DNA of 64,000 bases from a virus. Lineage: Duplodnaviria > Caudoviricetes. The DNA is taken from IMG/VR virus record IMGVR_UViG_3300025809_001850; one strand, 5' to 3'. Positions 47,436-55,313 of the stretch are shown here, one piece after another; within the stretch, counting starts at the first letter, position 1, and each line of letters opens with the position of its first letter. Position numbers and translations under genes: made by a program. The notes below the pieces were generated by a model, which was not told the origin of the DNA, made no database searches, and worked only from the letters and a program-made list of their open reading frames with translations.

Positions 47436-47778
47436 CACACATTCAGTTGTGTTTGGTTCAAATGCTCAAGAAAACAGTGACTTGGTATCTGAATATAAAG
47501 AATCACATCCAACTGCAACTTGGTTTCATTTAACAAATAGAAGTTCAAGTCATGCTTTTTATTTAGGTGATGATATTCTTGATACATCTGAAATTAACAT
47601 CATTGGCAATATATTATTGGCATTAAGCAACGAAGATGGTAAAAACCATAAAATTACAATGTGTCAATTAAACAATGTCAAAATAACCAAGACACCTGGA
47701 TTGGTTAACATCACCAATGATAAACAAAAACGGATTAGGAAAATAAACAATTTTGATTTAACAGATTATAAAAACTAA
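47416..47778 (+). CDS. NFACT RNA-binding (DUF814-like) domain protein
   Basis: FGSNAQENSDLV..WFHLTNRSSSHAF..NNVKITKTPGLV. Confidence 0.65.
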   Translation: MKKFLIDTHSVVFGSNAQENSDLVSEYKESHPTATWFHLTNRSSSHAFYLGDDILDTSEINIIGNILLALSNEDGKNHKITMCQLNNVKITKTPGLVNITNDKQKRIRKINNFDLTDYKN

Positions 47779-47799
47779 CATTAATAATATTTATATAAT

Positions 47800-47928
47800 G
47801 TGTTAGAAAAAATATGGGATAAAATTACTTGGGCAGTTGCATATGCATTGCTACCAATTACTTATCCAATTATGCTTATACAAGAACGATCAGAACGTAA
47901 AAACAAAAAACGTATAAGAAAAAAATAA
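47800..47928 (+). CDS. 42-aa single-pass membrane peptide with basic tail (not in ORF track)
   Basis: GTG LEKIWDKITWAVAYALLPITYPIMLIQERSERKNKKRIRKK after ATATTTAT. Confidence 0.4.
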   Translation: MLEKIWDKITWAVAYALLPITYPIMLIQERSERKNKKRIRKK

Positions 47929-48255
47929 TAGTTGACACACTCTTTTATTTTCCATATATTTATTACTTGTGAAAATAAAAAGAAATAAACAAACATCAGC
48001 AACATTAGATTGCACACTATTTTGGGAAAAAAGTGATTTGGTGTTTGTGGCGGACAACAATAACGCAATACACGATAATGATCATTATACGTGTTTTTCA
48101 CATATAGAAAAGAAAATAGTTTAATCTAACAATTTTTATAAAAACCTCTTTAATTGTAATAAAGTTTAATATTTATTATAATTATAAAAAGTCCTTTAAT
48201 TCAGAAGGCACGTTCTTGAAATAAAGAACATAGATTAAAATAAGGAAATAGCAAA

Positions 48256-48489
48256 ATGAAAGCAATATTCGAAAAAGTAAATGGATTCGTTAAGGGCTTG
48301 ACAGGTGTATTCTTGGCTGTAGTAGGTCTTGGAGTAGCAGGTCAAATCGTCCTCGGTGATAAAGTTGGATTCGACGTAATTGGTAACCTTCAGGGTATCG
48401 TAGACGGATTCGTTGGCGAAGGTGCAAGCCTTGCTGGTTTAATTACTCTTCTTGTTGTTCTTGCGTTGATCGCAGGTGACAAAGAGTAA
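48256..48489 (+). CDS. 77-aa hydrophobic membrane protein (holin/toxin-like)
   Basis: Two TM segments plus amphipathic N-terminus; TAAGGA RBS at 48241; structured UTRs. Confidence 0.7.
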   Translation: MKAIFEKVNGFVKGLTGVFLAVVGLGVAGQIVLGDKVGFDVIGNLQGIVDGFVGEGASLAGLITLLVVLALIAGDKE

Positions 48490-48492
48490 AAC

Positions 48493-48570
48493 TCTAGGTA
48501 ACACCTAGAATATGTCTGAGTAATCAGGCTTTAGTTTTGTACCCCTTTCCTTATGGTTTGGGGTACATTT
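48493..48570 (+). terminator. three consecutive 3' hairpins; the last (TGTACCCC/GGGGTACA) is terminator-like and carries an anti-RBS loop
   Basis: TCTAGGT-AAC-ACCTAGA; GTCTGA-GTAA-TCAGGC; loop TTTCCTTAT is the reverse complement of ATAAGGAAA at 48240-48248. Confidence 0.7.
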
Positions 48571-48582
48571 CGTTTATAAACA

Positions 48583-48611
48583 TTGACATTGTTTTTATGA
48601 GTTTCTATAAT
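48583..48611 (+). promoter_or_regulatory. consensus sigma70 promoter
   Basis: TTGACA-17bp-TATAAT. Confidence 0.75.
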
Positions 48612-48617
48612 AATAAC

Positions 48618-48782
48618 ATGAATTTATACAAAGAAGTAGTAACTGCGATAAAAATTGTTCAAAATGACCGAGAAGACTTTTTAGCACGATCACTTGCACA
48701 CGAAGATTTAATCAAGATAAAGAAACTTTTGGATGAGCAACTTAAGGATTCTGTGCTTGCAATGGAAAAAAATGAAACCTAA
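48618..48782 (+). CDS. hypothetical protein
   Basis: Start moved to ATG 48618 downstream of promoter. Confidence 0.5.
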   Translation: MNLYKEVVTAIKIVQNDREDFLARSLAHEDLIKIKKLLDEQLKDSVLAMEKNET

Positions 48783-49005
48783 AAGATTCTTTTTTCATTA
48801 CAATAAACCTGAGAGTCGTAGACAAGGTCGCAATGTGCTAACGGTGCATTGGAAAAATGCTTGCATTCCTGTGAATCATTTGAAGATTAATGTTCCAATT
48901 GAATCTCATACTCAGAAATCACAACCACATTGCGTTATGCGTGGATTCGCAAATTCTGTGGAAATACTTGAAGATAATAATCAAAAAACTGCTATTATAA
49001 TATAA
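48772..49005 (+). CDS. conserved phage hypothetical protein
   Basis: RFFFHYNKP..TVHWKNAC..QPHCVMRG. Confidence 0.6.
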   Translation: MKPKRFFFHYNKPESRRQGRNVLTVHWKNACIPVNHLKINVPIESHTQKSQPHCVMRGFANSVEILEDNNQKTAIII

Positions 49006-49021
49006 TCTTATATTTATATGA

Positions 49022-51481
49022 ATGGCAACTTATTTATATAATGATGGTGAATTAACTGAGTATACACTTGGTGATGACTTGAATGCTCCAGTTCGTTCTT
49101 TATTTTTAATTTCTGATGAAGAAACAATATTTGATGTAACAATCGAATTTACTGACGATGAAATCGTAGATTTGACATTACCGTTGATTGCATCTTTAAA
49201 TGGTAAACATTATTATTCTCTTCCACGAAAATTATTTAATTTTATAGAACTTACAGGTCCCCAAGGACCTATCGGAGATGGTTTTGTATTTTCAACAAAA
49301 CAGGAACTTCAAGATGCGGTTGATGCTTGGAACACAGATTCAATCTCTGCAACAGAAACTTACGGAGATATCAGCACATGGAATGTAAGTGCGATAACGG
49401 ATATGTCTTATTTGTTTGCCTATAAAAGCAACATTACAACTCTTGATCTTAGTGGGTGGGACATAAGTAATGTGACCAATATGTTTAGTATGTTCGATAA
49501 TTGTAATGCTTTAACTTCTTTGAATACGAGCAATTGGGATACAAGCAGTGTGACGAATATGAGGCGGATGTTCAATCGTTGTTCATCTTTAACTTCTTTG
49601 GATACTAGCAGCTGGAATACAAGTAATGTGACCAGCATGGAGAATATGTTCTATAATTGTACGTCTTTAGCTCCCCTTAACGTGAGCAACTGGAATACAA
49701 GTAATGTGACCAGTATGAGGTTTATGTTCTATAATTGTACGTCTTTAGCTTCTCTCAACGTGAGCAGCTGGAATACAAGTAATGTGACCAATATAGGTGG
49801 TATATTCAATAATTGTACGTCTTTAGCTTCTCTTGATGTGAGCAACTGGAATACAAGTAATGTGACCAATATGCATCAGATGTTCGGTTATTGTACATCT
49901 TTAACTTCTCTTGATGTGAGCAATTGGGATACAAGTAATGTGACCGATATGTTTAGTATGTTCGGTGGCTGTCCAGTTGCTTCTCTTGATGTAAGCAATT
50001 TTGACACAAGTAATGTGACTATTATGACTCAAATGTTCAACAATTGCTCTGCTCTATCTTCTCTCGATGCGAGCAACTTTGACACTAGTAATGTAACCAA
50101 TATGGATCAGATGTTCGATTATTGTACATCTTTAACTTCTTTAGATTTGAGTAGTTGGTGCGTAACTAATATTGCACCAGAAAATTGGGGTCCCCAAGCC
50201 AATAGCTTCGCACAATCTGCGTCATTTGCAAATACCCCAAGCAATCTTCCTGTTTGGGGAACTTGTCCAGATGTACCATCACCAACTCCTTCTCCGAGTG
50301 TCACTTTAGATTCAGGACCTCAAGGACCTACCGGAGATGGTTTTGTATTTGAAACAAAAGCAGACTTACAAACTGCGGTTGATGATTGGAACACAGATTC
50401 AATCTCTGCGGAAGCAACTTACGGAGATATCAGCAATTGGAATGTAAGTGCGATAACGGATATGTCTTGGTTGTTTGGCTGGAAACAGAATATTAACTCT
50501 CTTGATCTCAGTGGTTGGGACACAAGTAATGTGACGAATATGAGTTTTATGTTCACCACGTTACCCACGTTATCTTCTTTAAATGTAAGTTCTTTTAATA
50601 CAAGTAATGTGACGAATATGAGGTATATGTTCAGTGGGTGTCAGTCTTTAACTTCTTTAAATGTAAGTTCTTTTAATACAAGTAATGTGACCGATATGTA
50701 TGCGATGTTCAGTGAGTGTCAGTCTTTAACTTCTTTAAATGTAAGTTCTTTTAATACAAGTAATGTGACCATTATGACTGAGATGTTCAAAAGCTGTCGT
50801 GATCTAACTTCTATAACTTTCGGAGACAATTTCGATACAAGTAGTGTGACGAATATGAGTAGTATGTTCTACCAGTGCAGTAACCTAACTTCCCTTGATG
50901 TGAGCAATTGGGATACAAGCAATGTGACATTTATGTACCAGATGTTCAGACAATGCGACACCCTAACTTCGTTAAATGTAAGTTCTTTTAATACAAGTAA
51001 TGTGACGGATATGAGGTATATGTTCTGGGAGTGTAAAGGGTTAACTTCTTTAGATTTAAGTTCGTTTGTTACAAGTAGTGTGACGGCTATGAGTGAGATG
51101 TTTAATAATTGTTCTGCTCTAACTTCTTTAGATTTGAGTTCTTTTGATACAAGCAATGTGCCGAGTATGCTGAATATGTTCGCTGGGTGCTCATCTTTAA
51201 CTTCTTTAACTTTCGGAGACAATTTTGATACAAGTAACGTGACGGATATGAGGTATATGTTCGCTACGTGCTCATCTTTAACTTCTTTAAATGTAAGTAA
51301 TTTTGATACAAGTAGTGTGACACAGATGGATAAGATGTTCTGGATGGGTTCTGCTCTAACTTCTCTTGATATAAGCAATTGGTGTGTAACGAATATAACT
51401 GAAGAACCGAAGGATTTTGCAGACTGGTCTCCTTGGTATGCAACCGAGTCAAATCGTCCTGTTTGGGGAACTTGTCCGTAA
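49022..51481 (+). CDS. DUF285/BspA-type leucine-rich-repeat surface or fibre protein, two modules
   Basis: About 24 units of LTSLxVSxxxTSNVTxMxxMFxxC; two modules GPQGPxGDGFVF..WNVSAITDMS..WCVTNI..PVWGTCP; N-terminal domain shared with 15583. Confidence 0.85.
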   Translation: MATYLYNDGELTEYTLGDDLNAPVRSLFLISDEETIFDVTIEFTDDEIVDLTLPLIASLNGKHYYSLPRKLFNFIELTGPQGPIGDGFVFSTKQELQDAVDAWNTDSISATETYGDISTWNVSAITDMSYLFAYKSNITTLDLSGWDISNVTNMFSMFDNCNALTSLNTSNWDTSSVTNMRRMFNRCSSLTSLDTSSWNTSNVTSMENMFYNCTSLAPLNVSNWNTSNVTSMRFMFYNCTSLASLNVSSWNTSNVTNIGGIFNNCTSLASLDVSNWNTSNVTNMHQMFGYCTSLTSLDVSNWDTSNVTDMFSMFGGCPVASLDVSNFDTSNVTIMTQMFNNCSALSSLDASNFDTSNVTNMDQMFDYCTSLTSLDLSSWCVTNIAPENWGPQANSFAQSASFANTPSNLPVWGTCPDVPSPTPSPSVTLDSGPQGPTGDGFVFETKADLQTAVDDWNTDSISAEATYGDISNWNVSAITDMSWLFGWKQNINSLDLSGWDTSNVTNMSFMFTTLPTLSSLNVSSFNTSNVTNMRYMFSGCQSLTSLNVSSFNTSNVTDMYAMFSECQSLTSLNVSSFNTSNVTIMTEMFKSCRDLTSITFGDNFDTSSVTNMSSMFYQCSNLTSLDVSNWDTSNVTFMYQMFRQCDTLTSLNVSSFNTSNVTDMRYMFWECKGLTSLDLSSFVTSSVTAMSEMFNNCSALTSLDLSSFDTSNVPSMLNMFAGCSSLTSLTFGDNFDTSNVTDMRYMFATCSSLTSLNVSNFDTSSVTQMDKMFWMGSALTSLDISNWCVTNITEEPKDFADWSPWYATESNRPVWGTCP
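49440..51400 (+). repeat. about 75-bp coding tandem repeats (LRR units)
   Basis: For example TTCTTTAAATGTAAGTTCTTTTAATACAAGTAATGTGAC recurs at 75-bp spacing around 50575-50770. Confidence 0.85.
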
Positions 51482-51504
51482 TAATTCATAACTGAAATTA
51501 ATGC

Positions 51505-51535
51505 TTGACTTTTTATAATATTTATGGTTTACTAT
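51505..51535 (+). promoter_or_regulatory. early promoter variant (19-bp spacer)
   Basis: TTGACTTTTTATAATA..TGG-TTTACT. Confidence 0.55.
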
Positions 51536-51539
51536 AGGT

Positions 51540-51860
51540 ATGCTTGAGAGAGAAGTAGTATTAGAGAAATTAAAATCTGCATATTCCCAAAAATGGAATT
51601 CCAACAAATCGGTAAGATGCCCAAGACTTAAAACTCTTGCGAACATCATTAACGAGTTTATTGATGGATATACTGCCAAAATTCGCAGTAGTTATCACAC
51701 TTCAAGCACACGCACCGGTAGATACTGCATTGATGGTGCAACTCGTTCTGCTACTATGCTAACGATACAAGGAGCAAATGGGTACATTAAACGACACAAT
51801 AGTGCTGAAGCATATCGTAGCAATTACGACATCGTAGATTGGATTCTGAATCACGTATGA
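51540..51860 (+). CDS. hypothetical protein
   Basis: 106-aa basic ORF. Confidence 0.6.
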   Translation: MLEREVVLEKLKSAYSQKWNSNKSVRCPRLKTLANIINEFIDGYTAKIRSSYHTSSTRTGRYCIDGATRSATMLTIQGANGYIKRHNSAEAYRSNYDIVDWILNHV

Positions 51861-52108
51861 AATTTTTAATTAAAAATCACAAATCAGTAGGTGGAAAATA
51901 CAACAATCAGTATCATGGTTCGTATTCCAAGATATTCAATATTTTAGAAGCAGACTCACTTGGATTCGTTCAAGAGTATTATGAAGTATCTTTTGTCAGG
52001 ATTTCCACCGAAAACAACGATTGGATACTGAAATTGAATACAGAACCTGACGGAAACAAGTTGGAAAAAATTCTTGCATTAAAGAACATTGAAGAATTTA
52101 GTGCTTGA
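51857..52108 (+). CDS. hypothetical protein
   Basis: ATGA coupling at 51857. Confidence 0.5.
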   Translation: MKFLIKNHKSVGGKYNNQYHGSYSKIFNILEADSLGFVQEYYEVSFVRISTENNDWILKLNTEPDGNKLEKILALKNIEEFSA

Positions 52109-52133
52109 CTTTTTATAATAATTTTAGTAGAAT
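52105..52133 (+). promoter_or_regulatory. early promoter (repeat family)
   Basis: TTGACT-17bp-TAGAAT-ACTTGTAT. Confidence 0.8.
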
Positions 52134-52139
52134 ACTTGT

Positions 52140-52385
52140 ATGATGATGAGAGAAGATGAAGTGAATATTACAATTAAACATTTTACACAAACCGGTTCAT
52201 CAACTTGGGTTCTTGTGAACGAAAACAAAGAACTGATGTATGATAAAAACAACAATGCTTTGTTTGGTTATACTCGCAAAGATGCAGAAGCACTTGCTCT
52301 TAGGATTGCTGATAATATGAATTTCAATAATATTCAGACCGAATACTTTTATGGTGGAAAACGCAAATATAAAACAATAAAATAA
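52140..52385 (+). CDS. hypothetical protein
   Basis: 81-aa ORF. Confidence 0.5.
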   Translation: MMMREDEVNITIKHFTQTGSSTWVLVNENKELMYDKNNNALFGYTRKDAEALALRIADNMNFNNIQTEYFYGGKRKYKTIK

Positions 52386-52401
52386 CGAGAGAACATATAA
52401 T

Positions 52402-52605
52402 ATGAAATTATCCAACTTATTTGGAAAAACTATTAACGCAGATAACAACAAATTTGTTATCAGGGGTACATTGCTTGAAATGGTCAAGTATGCTCAAGAC
52501 AATAAATTAAACTTTAATCAAGTTCCAACTCATCTTGTGGGTGGATATTTTAAGTCAATATCAACTACCAACTTGCAACCAATTCCAGTTCTTGTTGGCA
52601 ACTAA
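52402..52605 (+). CDS. hypothetical protein
   Basis: 67-aa ORF. Confidence 0.5.
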   Translation: MKLSNLFGKTINADNNKFVIRGTLLEMVKYAQDNKLNFNQVPTHLVGGYFKSISTTNLQPIPVLVGN

Positions 52606-52613
52606 ATAAAAAT

Positions 52614-52892
52614 ATGAGAACATTCAAATTAATAAAATGGGTAGGCAGAAACTTCAAAGAAGAAGATTCAGAAGTTTTATACGAAAATGCAACAGAATCA
52701 GAAATCAATGAAATTGCAAAAACTCACAATTTGAGTTTCACGACAATTGGCAAAAAAACAATCAAAAGTTTTGCACGAATGAACACATCTGATGTATCTG
52801 ATACTGCAATATCACACGAACTTGTTTATATAAGTGGTGAATACGAAACACTTTATCCTGAATATGATGATGACGATTCATCAGATGAGTAA
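52614..52892 (+). CDS. hypothetical protein
   Basis: 92-aa ORF with acidic tail. Confidence 0.55.
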   Translation: MRTFKLIKWVGRNFKEEDSEVLYENATESEINEIAKTHNLSFTTIGKKTIKSFARMNTSDVSDTAISHELVYISGEYETLYPEYDDDDSSDE

Positions 52893-53102
52893 ATGAATAA
52901 AACTCAAGCAAGACAACGCATTCGTAATTTAAAGAAAATTATACACGATTCTACTGAAAAGTTCGCAACTGCAATGTCCCACAATTATTACGATAAAGCA
53001 GATATTCAACTGATTATCATCTCAGGAAATCTTAAAGAATTAAACAAATCAAGATCTCAAATAAAAGCAAATAAAAGCACGATTTCGCAAAATAATGCTT
53101 GA
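52893..53102 (+). CDS. hypothetical protein
   Basis: 69-aa ORF abutting upstream stop. Confidence 0.5.
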   Translation: MNKTQARQRIRNLKKIIHDSTEKFATAMSHNYYDKADIQLIIISGNLKELNKSRSQIKANKSTISQNNA

Positions 53103-53127
53103 CTTTTTATAAGAAATTTGGTAAGAT
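53099..53127 (+). promoter_or_regulatory. early promoter (repeat family)
   Basis: TTGACT-17bp-TAAGAT-ACTTGTATTGAGAATGAG. Confidence 0.8.
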
Positions 53128-53185
53128 ACTTGTATTGAGAATGAGAAAAGAGAACAATAAAAAAACAAAAAAAGAGAGAAAAAAT

Positions 53186-53395
53186 ATGTTGATTGCAGAA
53201 TATAATGTCGGTGAAACTATTAACGTTGATGGTCAAGATGCCATCATTACCAAGACTGACACTCAGTCATGGGTGACCGGTGGTAAGCAACCTTATTACT
53301 TCGTGGAACTACTTTCTGATGGAAGTAAAGAACTTCACGCAGAAGAAGACATCAACTCAGGTGAGTTGCTTTCAGTTATTTCGTTTAACTCTTAA
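53186..53395 (+). CDS. small SH3/KOW-like hypothetical protein, paralog of 20561
   Basis: EYNVGE..QPYYFVEL..KELHAEE; start moved to ATG 53186. Confidence 0.6.
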   Translation: MLIAEYNVGETINVDGQDAIITKTDTQSWVTGGKQPYYFVELLSDGSKELHAEEDINSGELLSVISFNS

Positions 53396-53413
53396 TAGAA
53401 AGAACAACTTAAA

Positions 53414-53857
53414 ATGGCATACATAACACAAGAAGGCAAAAAAGAACTCGCAGTAGGAATCAAAAAGGTTCTTAAAAAGTATAACGTCAAAGGAACTATC
53501 GGAATTCATCATCATAGCACCATCGTTGTTAGATTAAAAAGTGGTGATTTAGACATTCTCGGAAATTATTGGGACAATTATACCAATAAAGTTGAAACTG
53601 GAAGAATCGAACAATGGAATTTACGCACCGAAAAACCCACTTCTATTTCAGTAAATAATCATTTCGTGGATAGCAGTTATTCTTCAGAAGTTGCAAACTT
53701 TCTAAATGAACTTCTTGTGGAAATGAAAGGTGAACGATATTTTAATGATACTGATATTATGACCGATTATTTTCATTGCTCACATTATCTTGACATTGAA
53801 GTCGGCAATTACGACAAACCTTACATCTATAACCAAGAACTTGCTCAAGCAGCTTAA
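53414..53857 (+). CDS. conserved large-phage hypothetical protein
   Basis: MAYITQE..KKVLKKY..KG..DIMTDYFH..DIEVGNYDKPY pattern recalled from large phages. Confidence 0.7.
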   Translation: MAYITQEGKKELAVGIKKVLKKYNVKGTIGIHHHSTIVVRLKSGDLDILGNYWDNYTNKVETGRIEQWNLRTEKPTSISVNNHFVDSSYSSEVANFLNELLVEMKGERYFNDTDIMTDYFHCSHYLDIEVGNYDKPYIYNQELAQAA

Positions 53858-53859
53858 TT

Positions 53860-54090
53860 ATGAAACTAACAAACTACAACGGAACGAAGGCAACTGAAAA
53901 GGCCTACAATATACAAGAAAGCATCAATACAATTCGCAATGAAACGATACCAAGATTGCAAGAAAATTACTTTGATTTATCAGACGAGGAAAATGCTGAA
54001 CGAATTGCTAATTTGAGAAATTATGTCAAGAAATTGCAATATGATCTCGGAATTGAACTTGGCAATGATCAAGCATATGAAAATCTTTAA
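53860..54090 (+). CDS. hypothetical protein
   Basis: 76-aa helical ORF. Confidence 0.5.
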   Translation: MKLTNYNGTKATEKAYNIQESINTIRNETIPRLQENYFDLSDEENAERIANLRNYVKKLQYDLGIELGNDQAYENL

Positions 54091-54390
54091 ATGACAGGAT
54101 TTGATTACAATGTAGACTTGCACCAAGTAAGCACCGACAATCCCAATCATCTTATTGTTGATTCGTCTAAAATTGGATTACCACACGGATTTTTTCCAAA
54201 CTGGATCAGCACCAATGATATTGGAAATGGTTCTCCATTTTACTCAGACCGAATTCTTCGTGAGATTTCAAATGCGGATGTTGCGGATGTGGATCAACTT
54301 GAATACGGAGATGTTGAAGGATACATTTACAGACAAAACGGTGGTCAAACCCGTTTGCTTGTTTTAACCGATTACGAAGATAAAACTTGA
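54091..54390 (+). CDS. hypothetical protein
   Basis: 99-aa ORF. Confidence 0.55.
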   Translation: MTGFDYNVDLHQVSTDNPNHLIVDSSKIGLPHGFFPNWISTNDIGNGSPFYSDRILREISNADVADVDQLEYGDVEGYIYRQNGGQTRLLVLTDYEDKT

Positions 54391-54415
54391 CTTTTTATAA
54401 TAATTGTGGTAGTAT
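54387..54415 (+). promoter_or_regulatory. early promoter (repeat family)
   Basis: TTGACT-17bp-TAGTAT..TATTGAGAGTGAG. Confidence 0.8.
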
Positions 54416-54451
54416 ATTTGTATTGAGAGTGAGAAACAAGAACAAGAAAAA

Positions 54452-54835
54452 ATGACATTTGAATTAGTAAAAACACGCAAAGCATATGCAGTTCAATTTT
54501 GGGGAACAATAACACACGTTACGTCTCCTATTTTCAAAAGCAAACAAGCAGCTGCCAACTATGTAGTTCGTGAAGGTTACAGGGTAGTTGAAGATTTGCA
54601 TCTTCTTGAAATTGACTTGGACAAAATTGCAAACAATGAAAATGCAGTAGTTGAACAATATCATATCAGCACGGCAAAGGTAGGTTTTCGTATGAGTGAA
54701 GGTGATGACCCCAGCGAATTTGTGTTTGATTCAATCGGTCAAAGTGATCGTGGAGAAAATACATTTTATTCTATGAATGCTTTCAATATTCCATTTCCTA
54801 CAATAGATAAGTTAAAGCAACTTGCAAACAATTAA
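54452..54835 (+). CDS. hypothetical protein
   Basis: 127-aa ORF. Confidence 0.6.
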   Translation: MTFELVKTRKAYAVQFWGTITHVTSPIFKSKQAAANYVVREGYRVVEDLHLLEIDLDKIANNENAVVEQYHISTAKVGFRMSEGDDPSEFVFDSIGQSDRGENTFYSMNAFNIPFPTIDKLKQLANN

Positions 54836-54873
54836 TGCTTGCACTATTATTATTAAATTGATTTAATTGGGAA

Positions 54874-55092
54874 ATGAAAAAAGTAACAATGATTGATCCT
54901 GACGAAGGATGGAAATATGGATTTCCAAAGATGCTACCAAACGAACTTGAAGGTAAGGATGTTACCGAATGGTTAATTGAAAATGGATATCCACGTGAGG
55001 TAATTGACAAATGGAAACAATCTGACTTGGGATATCTCCCGTGCAGATATTGGGAAACGGATATAATAAATGTCACACAAGAAAACAAGTAA
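54874..55092 (+). CDS. conserved phage hypothetical protein
   Basis: MIDPDEGWKYGFPK..WLIENGYP motif. Confidence 0.65.
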   Translation: MKKVTMIDPDEGWKYGFPKMLPNELEGKDVTEWLIENGYPREVIDKWKQSDLGYLPCRYWETDIINVTQENK

Positions 55093-55250
55093 TTTTCATC
55101 AGATTCTTCGTAATTTAACGATTGAACTTAAACAAGGTGATCAGATTTCAATTTGGCATGATGGATATCAAGTTTCTTTTAAAAATGTAGGAACAAGTAA
55201 TTTTAAAACAAAACCACCACAAAAACAAAAGCAAAAAATCAAGAATTAAC

Positions 55251-55279
55251 TTGACTTTTTATAAGAATGATGGTAAAGT
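55251..55279 (+). promoter_or_regulatory. early promoter (repeat family)
   Basis: TTGACT-17bp-TAAAGT. Confidence 0.75.
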
Positions 55280-55313
55280 TATAACATAACGAAATTGAGT
55301 TAAGAGAAAAAAT

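Noticed and set aside
49255-50340. Collagen-like triple helix (GPQGP)
   Set aside because: Only 2-3 Gly-X-Y triplets per site, too short for a collagen domain; treated as linkers.
49022-51481. Diversity-generating retroelement acting on the LRR repeats or the DPW array
   Set aside because: No reverse transcriptase or template/variable repeat pair with adenine-specific differences is visible in this window.
50869-51489. 206-aa minus-strand ORF and other antisense or alternative-frame ORFs in the track
   Set aside because: They overlap well-supported + strand genes and arise from codon or repeat periodicity.
30815-53185. Apparent paralogous N-termini MTFYNNFGKILVLRV in track ORFs 8179, 30815, 43832, 44281, 53099
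   Set aside because: They are translations of the repeated promoter (the TTG of the -35 box used as a start). Real starts are downstream ATGs.
278-55279. Repeated 30-45 bp motif as a CRISPR array or att sites
   Set aside because: Copies are dispersed, degenerate, always intergenic and co-oriented with -35/-10 spacing. There are no regular spacers, cas genes or integrase.
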